Source of the DNA: Desulfuromonadales bacterium
GTDB lineage: Bacteria > Desulfobacterota > Desulfuromonadia > Desulfuromonadales > SZUA-540
Direction: 5' to 3'
Assembly (NCBI GenBank): GCA_033549025.1
Contig: JAWSUS010000007.1
Span: forward strand, 32,001 to 96,000
Length of the DNA stretch: 64,000 nucleotides
A program made the position numbers and the translations under genes. Below, piece after piece: positions 58,970 to 64,000 of this stretch (position 1 is the stretch's first letter; the number at the start of each line of letters is the position of its first letter). The notes under the pieces are model-generated. The model was given only the letters and a program-made list of their open reading frames with translations. It searched no databases and was not told the DNA's origin.

Positions 58970-60373
58970 TCAACCCTTTTTGCCGGGAATACCCGGGGCG
59001 GTCATCGGCTGCGGGTCGAGCAGGCGTTCTAATTCCGCCTCGTCCAGAACCTGCTCCTCCCGGGCTACTTCCCGTACGGTTCGGCCGCTTTCGTGGGCTT
59101 TTTTGGCGATCTGGGCGGCCCGGTCGTAGCCGATGACCGGAGCCAGCGACGTGACCATGGCCAGACTCTTTTCTACGGTGGCTTCGCAATGGGCCCGGTC
59201 GGCCTGCAGGTCTTGCACGCAGCGCCGCGTAAACTGGGTGACGCCGCTGGATAGCAGGGCGATAGATTCCAGCAGGTTGTGGGCGAGGAGGGGCATCATC
59301 ACGTTGAGCTCGAAGTTGCCCGATAATCCCCCCAGGGTGATGGCGGCATCGTTGCCGACCACCTGGGCACAGACCTGCATGAGGCTTTCGGCCATGACGG
59401 GGTTGACCTTGCCCGGCATGATCGAGCTGCCCGGCTGCACCGACGGCAGGATCAGCTCCCCCAACCCGCAGCGCGGCCCGCTGCCGAGGAAGCGGATGTC
59501 ATTGCTGATCTTGAACAGGGCGCTGGCGCAGGTCTTGAGGGCACCGCTGGCGTAGACCACCGCATCCTTGCCGCCCTGGGCCTCGAAATGATTGGACGCT
59601 TCGCGAAAGGGGAGACCAGTCACCTCAGCCAGCCCGGTGATGACCCTGCCGGCGAATTGCGGGTGGGTGTTGATGCCCGTCCCTACGGCTGTACCGCCGA
59701 GGGGGAGTTCCATGAGTCCTTCCAGGGCCGTTTCCAGGCGACGGTTGGCCAGCGCCACCTGCCGGGCGTAGCCGGAAAATACCTGGCCCAGCCGGATCGG
59801 GGTGGCGTCCTGCAGGTGCGTGCGGCCGATCTTGATGATATCGGCAAAGGCTTCGGCTTTTTCTCCCAACGCCTCCTGCAGGGCGAAGAGAGCGGGAATG
59901 AGGCTGTGGCGGATCTCCACGGCGGCGGCTATGTGGATGGCGGAGGGAATGACGTCGTTGCTCGACTGCCCCAGATTGACGTGATCATTGGGGTGGATCG
60001 TTCGGTCCCCCTCCCAGCCTTCCAGTTGGATGGCCCGGTTGGCAATGACCTCGTTGGCGTTCATGTTGGTGCTGGTGCCCGAGCCGGTCTGGAAAATATC
60101 AAGGACGAAATGGCGGTCGAGTTCGCCGCGGACGACCTCTTCGGCTGCCTCCATGACAGCCATGGCCCGTTCGCTGTCTAACAGGCCCAGTTCCATGTTT
60201 ACCCGTGCGGCTCTCTCCTTGATCATGCCCAAAGCGCGCAGGAAGGGGCGCGGGAAGCGGTATCCTGAAATGGGAAAGTTCTCCTGGGCTCTCGCCGTCT
60301 GGGCTCCGTAAAGGGCGTCGGCGGGTACGACCATTTCTCCCATGGAGTCTCTCTCGAGGCGTGTTTCGGACAT
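58970..60373 (-). CDS. fumC: Class II fumarate hydratase
   Basis: QTGSGTSTNMNANEV, KIGRTHLQDATP, GSSIMPGKVNP. Confidence 0.93.
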   Translation of the reverse strand: MSETRLERDSMGEMVVPADALYGAQTARAQENFPISGYRFPRPFLRALGMIKERAARVNMELGLLDSERAMAVMEAAEEVVRGELDRHFVLDIFQTGSGTSTNMNANEVIANRAIQLEGWEGDRTIHPNDHVNLGQSSNDVIPSAIHIAAAVEIRHSLIPALFALQEALGEKAEAFADIIKIGRTHLQDATPIRLGQVFSGYARQVALANRRLETALEGLMELPLGGTAVGTGINTHPQFAGRVITGLAEVTGLPFREASNHFEAQGGKDAVVYASGALKTCASALFKISNDIRFLGSGPRCGLGELILPSVQPGSSIMPGKVNPVMAESLMQVCAQVVGNDAAITLGGLSGNFELNVMMPLLAHNLLESIALLSSGVTQFTRRCVQDLQADRAHCEATVEKSLAMVTSLAPVIGYDRAAQIAKKAHESGRTVREVAREEQVLDEAELERLLDPQPMTAPGIPGKKG

Positions 60374-60558
60374 GGCGTCTCTCCTTGTAAGTCGCGATAG
60401 GCTCTGAAAATTCTGTTCCGTGCCAGGGGTCTGACTTTTGAGAATAGCAATCTCCCCTTTCCTGTCAACGGGTTCTGTTGCCGGAAGCCTAAATTCTCCC
60501 TTTAACGGGACCTCTTATTGGCTTTGCCTGCCGCCGAGGCTTGGCGTATGATGTGCCC

Positions 60559-61431
60559 ATGAGCACCCTGGCCCTGCTTCTCATCCTGTTTTCCGCCTTC
60601 ATGCACGCCTTGTGGAACCTGCTGGTCAAACGCAGCCGGGACAAGACGGTCTTTATCTGGTGGATGTTCGTGGCCTCGGCCGGTTGCCTGCAGGTGGTCC
60701 TGCCTTTTTGGGCCGAGCCCTTTCCTCCCCTGAACCCGGCGGTGCTTTTGCTGGGGGTGGCCGGTGCCGCCTGTTTTGTCCTCTATCACCTCTTCAACGG
60801 CCGTGCGTACCGCGATGGCGACCTGTCCCTGACCTATCCTTTGGCCCAGACCTCCATGCTGTACGTCCCCCTTTGGGGGGTGTGGCTGCTGGGGGAGCGG
60901 ATCTCGCTGCTGGGGCTGGCCGGCATTCTCTTGATCCTCTGTGGTGCTTGGGCAGTGCAGTTGCAGCGCTTTTCCCTGCGCGAAATTACCCGGCCCGTGC
61001 GCAACCTGCGGAACCCGTCAGTGCAGGCCGCTCTCGCCGCCGGGTTTATCTACTCCTTGGGGGCGGTGGTCGACAAGGCGGGGGTGAGTCTCTATCCCCC
61101 CTTTTATTTTACCTATCTGCTGGTCATGTTCATGCTGCTCTTGATGACCCTTAACCTGTTGCGCAGTCCTTATCGCGGTCGCATTCTGAGCGAGTGGCGT
61201 CAAAGCAGGAGCCTGGTGCTGCTGTCCGGGCCGGTTATGATGGGGTCGTTTCTCTCTTTTCGTTACGGGCTGAGCCTGGCCCCCATGAGCTATGCGGTGC
61301 CGGTGCGCCAGGTCAGTCTGCTGATCGGCGTCCTCATCGGGATCCTCTTTCTGGGGGAGACCTGCGGGCGCATCCGGTTTTCGGCCACTTTGCTCATTCT
61401 GGCCGGCGTGGTTCTGATCCGCCTCGGTTGA
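60559..61431 (+). CDS. EamA/DMT-family transporter
   Basis: HALWNLLVK, GDLSLTYPL, LGE motifs, about 10 TM. Confidence 0.85.
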   Translation: MSTLALLLILFSAFMHALWNLLVKRSRDKTVFIWWMFVASAGCLQVVLPFWAEPFPPLNPAVLLLGVAGAACFVLYHLFNGRAYRDGDLSLTYPLAQTSMLYVPLWGVWLLGERISLLGLAGILLILCGAWAVQLQRFSLREITRPVRNLRNPSVQAALAAGFIYSLGAVVDKAGVSLYPPFYFTYLLVMFMLLLMTLNLLRSPYRGRILSEWRQSRSLVLLSGPVMMGSFLSFRYGLSLAPMSYAVPVRQVSLLIGVLIGILFLGETCGRIRFSATLLILAGVVLIRLG

Positions 61432-61461
61432 GTCCGGGCGGTACTTGAAAGGACAAGCACA

Positions 61462-62034
61462 ATGAAAAATCTGGCGAATTTCTTTTTTGAGGTCGGCATG
61501 CTCAAGCGCACCCCCCGTACGGGTTTCCAGTTTCTGGGTTCCGGGGCCGAGTCAGTCGCCGAACATTCCTTCCGCACCGCCATCATCGGCTTTACTCTGG
61601 CCCATCTCGATGACGGGGTCGATACGGGCAAGGTGGTGCAGATGTGCCTCTTTCACGATATCCCTGAGGCCCGCACCGGCGACCTCAATTACGTGAATAA
61701 AAAGTATGTCAAAGCCGACGAGGAAAAAGCCGTGGAAGACCTGGCCCGCACGCTGCCCTTTGGTGACGATTACCGGGCACTGCTGGAGGAGTTCGGTCGC
61801 AAGGAGAGCCGCGAGGCTCAAATCGCCCATGATGCCGATCAGCTCGAGATGATATTGGCGCTTAAAGAGCACAAGGATCTCGGCAACCGCAATGCAGACG
61901 AATGGTATCCGTTTGCGGTGCGCCGACTCAGAACCGACGGGGCCCGCCGTCTCGCCGAAACCATCTGGACCACAGATTCCAGCCGCTGGTGGTTCGATGA
62001 CGACGGCGATTGGTGGGTGAACGGCAAGCGCTAA
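61462..62034 (+). CDS. HD-domain phosphohydrolase (YfbR/HDDC2-like)
   Basis: LKRTPRTG, ESVAEHSFR, LFHDIPEARTGD, DADQLE. Confidence 0.85.
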   Translation: MKNLANFFFEVGMLKRTPRTGFQFLGSGAESVAEHSFRTAIIGFTLAHLDDGVDTGKVVQMCLFHDIPEARTGDLNYVNKKYVKADEEKAVEDLARTLPFGDDYRALLEEFGRKESREAQIAHDADQLEMILALKEHKDLGNRNADEWYPFAVRRLRTDGARRLAETIWTTDSSRWWFDDDGDWWVNGKR

Positions 62035-62055
62035 CACAGGGTGGAGGCAAGCGGC

Positions 62056-62084
62056 TTGACTGCCTGAGGCGAAGGTGCTAGAAA
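62056..62084 (+). promoter_or_regulatory. Possible serS promoter
   Basis: TTGACT-17 nt-TAGAAA with extended TG. Confidence 0.45.
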
Positions 62085-62119
62085 TAAGGGCTTTTTACAG
62101 CCAACATGGGGGTGCGTTC

Positions 62120-63391
62120 ATGCTTGACATCAAATATCTGCGCGACAATCTGGACGAAGCCGAACGGCGTCTGGCCACCCGGGGCGGGGCTCTCGACCTT
62201 TCTGCCTTTCGGGGGCTCGATCAGCGGCGGCGCGAGCTTTTGGGGGAATCCGAATCGCTCAAGGCCGAAAAAAACAAGGTCTCCGCCCTTATCGGGCAGA
62301 CCAAAGATAAAAGTCAGGTTCAGACCGAGATCGCCCGCATGAAGGAGGTCTCCGCCCGCATCAAGACCCTCGATGACGAGCTCAAGGCCGTCGAGGAGCA
62401 GCTGCAGGGCCTGCTGATGACCGTTCCCAATATCCCTCACGAGAAATGCCCGGTCGGCGCCTCGGAGGACGACAACCGCGAAGTGCGCGTCTGGGGCTCC
62501 CGTCCCCAATTCGACTTTGCTCCCAAGCCGCACTGGGAAATCGGTGAGCAGCTCCGTATTCTCGACTTCGAGTGTGCCGGCAAGCTGACTGGGGCCCGTT
62601 TTGCCCTCTACCGGGGAGCCGGTGCCCGCCTGGAAAGAGCCCTGATCAACTTTATGCTCGACCTGCATACAACCCGCCATAAATATATTGAAATTTTGCC
62701 GCCCTTTATGGTAAATAGGGTCTCCATGACGGGGACAGGACAGCTCCCCAAGTTTGAAGACGATCTTTTTCATTTAGAAGACCCGGATTTTTTCCTCATC
62801 CCGACGGCCGAGGTTCCTGTAACCAATATCCATCGGGACGAGATTCTGGCGGCTGGTACGCTACCGGTCCTTTACACGGCTTATACGCCCTGCTTCCGCA
62901 AGGAAGCCGGATCCCATGGCAAGGATACGCGTGGCCTTATCCGCCAGCACCAGTTCAACAAAGTTGAGCTGGTCAAGTTTGTCCGGCCGGAGCAGTCCGA
63001 CGCTGAACTGGAAAGCCTGCTGGATAACGCCGAGGAGGTGCTCCGGCAATTGGGGCTTCCCTACAGAGTCGTGGATCTCTGTACGGGGGACATCGGCTTC
63101 TCCGCCGCCCGCACCTTCGACATCGAAGTCTGGCTGCCCGGACAGGATGCCTACAGGGAAATATCCTCCTGCTCCAACTTCCGCGATTTTCAGGCTCGCC
63201 GGGCCGGTATTCGTTTCCGGCGGGAAGAAGGAGAGCGGCCCGAATTCGTTCATACGCTGAATGGATCCGGACTGGCGGTAGGACGCACCCTGGTGGCGAT
63301 TCTCGAAAACTACCAGCAGGCCGACGGGTCGGTGCTGATCCCGGAAGTCCTCCGGCCCTACATGGGCGGCTTGGAGCGCATCGAAGCCTGA
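62120..63391 (+). CDS. serS: Serine--tRNA ligase
   Basis: [39 protein letters not shown]. Confidence 0.97.
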   Translation: MLDIKYLRDNLDEAERRLATRGGALDLSAFRGLDQRRRELLGESESLKAEKNKVSALIGQTKDKSQVQTEIARMKEVSARIKTLDDELKAVEEQLQGLLMTVPNIPHEKCPVGASEDDNREVRVWGSRPQFDFAPKPHWEIGEQLRILDFECAGKLTGARFALYRGAGARLERALINFMLDLHTTRHKYIEILPPFMVNRVSMTGTGQLPKFEDDLFHLEDPDFFLIPTAEVPVTNIHRDEILAAGTLPVLYTAYTPCFRKEAGSHGKDTRGLIRQHQFNKVELVKFVRPEQSDAELESLLDNAEEVLRQLGLPYRVVDLCTGDIGFSAARTFDIEVWLPGQDAYREISSCSNFRDFQARRAGIRFRREEGERPEFVHTLNGSGLAVGRTLVAILENYQQADGSVLIPEVLRPYMGGLERIEA

Positions 63392-63403
63392 TAAAGTGAC
63401 TGC

Positions 63404-63469
63404 GGAGGAGTGGCCGAGTGGTTTAAGGCGGCGGTCTTGAAAACCGTTGTACGAAAGTACCGTGGGTTC
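63404..63469 (+). pseudogene. 5' fragment of tRNA-Ser(UGA), broken in the T-loop
   Basis: GGAGGAG acceptor 5' strand, D arm, anticodon TGA at 63438-63440, variable arm, GTGGG-TTC; the expected GAATCCCAC-CTCCTCC 3' half is absent. Confidence 0.85.
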
Positions 63470-63533
63470 TTATATCCGCCTCAGAACGCTGCACGTTTTA
63501 AAAACAATTGATAATTATTTTTATATAGAACTA

Positions 63534-63623
63534 GGTGGGCTGGCCGAGTGGTTGAAGGCGCTGGTCTTGAAAACCAGAAGCGATTAACGTCGCTCCGGGG
63601 TTCGAATCCCTGGCCCACCGCCA
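63534..63623 (+). tRNA. tRNA-Ser (anticodon UGA), complete
   Basis: GGTGGGC/GCCCACC acceptor stem, G discriminator plus CCA, TGA at 63568-63570, long variable arm, GGTTCGAATCC. Confidence 0.95.
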
Positions 63624-63633
63624 AAATAATAGT

Positions 63634-63674
63634 AAAAACGGGGACCTAGAGGATTCTGGGTCCCCGTTTTTTTT
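63634..63674 (+). terminator. Intrinsic terminator after tRNA-Ser
   Basis: AAAAACGGGGACCTAGA..TCTGGGTCCCCGTTTTTTTT. Confidence 0.85.
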
Positions 63675-63809
63675 GTCGTAACTCTCACATTCCCCTCTCC
63701 GCAAACCATAGTGCGCAGTAAAATAGCTGCGTCCTGTTGTGTTCCGCTAATCTTCCTATATACTGTCCCTCGAAAGTTACTGCGCTTTATTTCCTCGTCG
63801 GAGGGGTCT

Positions 63810-64000
63810 ATGAAAGCCGGCAGACGTTACAAGCACCTCGCACTGCTAAAAACGGCCAAGAACGGAAAACCAACGTTTGCGTTGCTGGCCGAAGATCAGG
63901 CCTTGTGTGACTTCTTCGATCATTGGGCATACCTGCTCGCCAAAAATAACAGCCCTAACACCGTCCGTGCCTACTCCTACGCAGTTGCAGATTTTCTCAA
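63810..64000 (+). CDS. Probable tyrosine recombinase/integrase, N-terminus only (runs off the window)
   Basis: GGAGG RBS; MKAGRRYKHL...LAKKYSPNTVRAYSYAVADFL resembles an integrase core-binding (SAM-like) domain. Confidence 0.6.
   Translation, partial: MKAGRRYKHLALLKTAKNGKPTFALLAEDQALCDFFDHWAYLLAKNNSPNTVRAYSYAVADFL

Larger units (their letters stand above)
63466..64000. mobile_element. Left end of a genomic island inserted in tRNA-Ser
   Basis: Broken tRNA, abrupt AT-rich spacer, second tRNA, integrase-like ORF. Confidence 0.65.

Noticed and set aside
63404..63623. A single intron-containing tRNA
   Set aside because: The second copy is complete by itself, and its 3' half does not pair with the first copy's acceptor or T stems

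Overview
Chromosomal window from an anaerobic Desulfobacterota member, most consistent with Desulfuromonadales (inferred from gene content: multiheme cytochromes, CbcL, Geobacter-type nuo operon, Rnf, futalosine pathway). It is mostly a respiratory super-cluster: an ImcH-like NapC/NirT cytochrome, an NrfD/NrfC/hexaheme c7 module, CbcL, the F0 part of ATP synthase (atpZ/I/B/E), hemL, rnfABCDGE, nuoA-N with an inserted TPR gene, and ubiD-ubiA-ubiX-mqnE-mqnC. Housekeeping genes follow (hisC, mutY, rnd, fumC, serS). Three things stand out. (1) The AT-richer 12-21 kb region holds a family of about 53-aa single-TM microproteins with a shared W36-x3-C40 register, most below the ORF-track cutoff. They lie in two duplicated modules with NifB/NifX (Orange-protein-like) genes. 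Each module sits behind a TGTTGCA repeat cluster and a non-canonical sigma54 promoter, next to a Cys-PAS (OrpR-like) activator and between three quinol:cytochrome conduits. (2) A three-gene operon encodes a MauG-type diheme enzyme, a Tat metallophosphoesterase with a WxW motif, and a SoxA-like cytochrome. (3) At the right end the host tRNA-Ser(UGA) is broken at the T-loop and followed by a complete tRNA-Ser(UGA) of different sequence, then the start of a tyrosine-recombinase-like gene, which marks the edge of an island. All calls come from reading the sequence and recalled family motifs; no database search was run.
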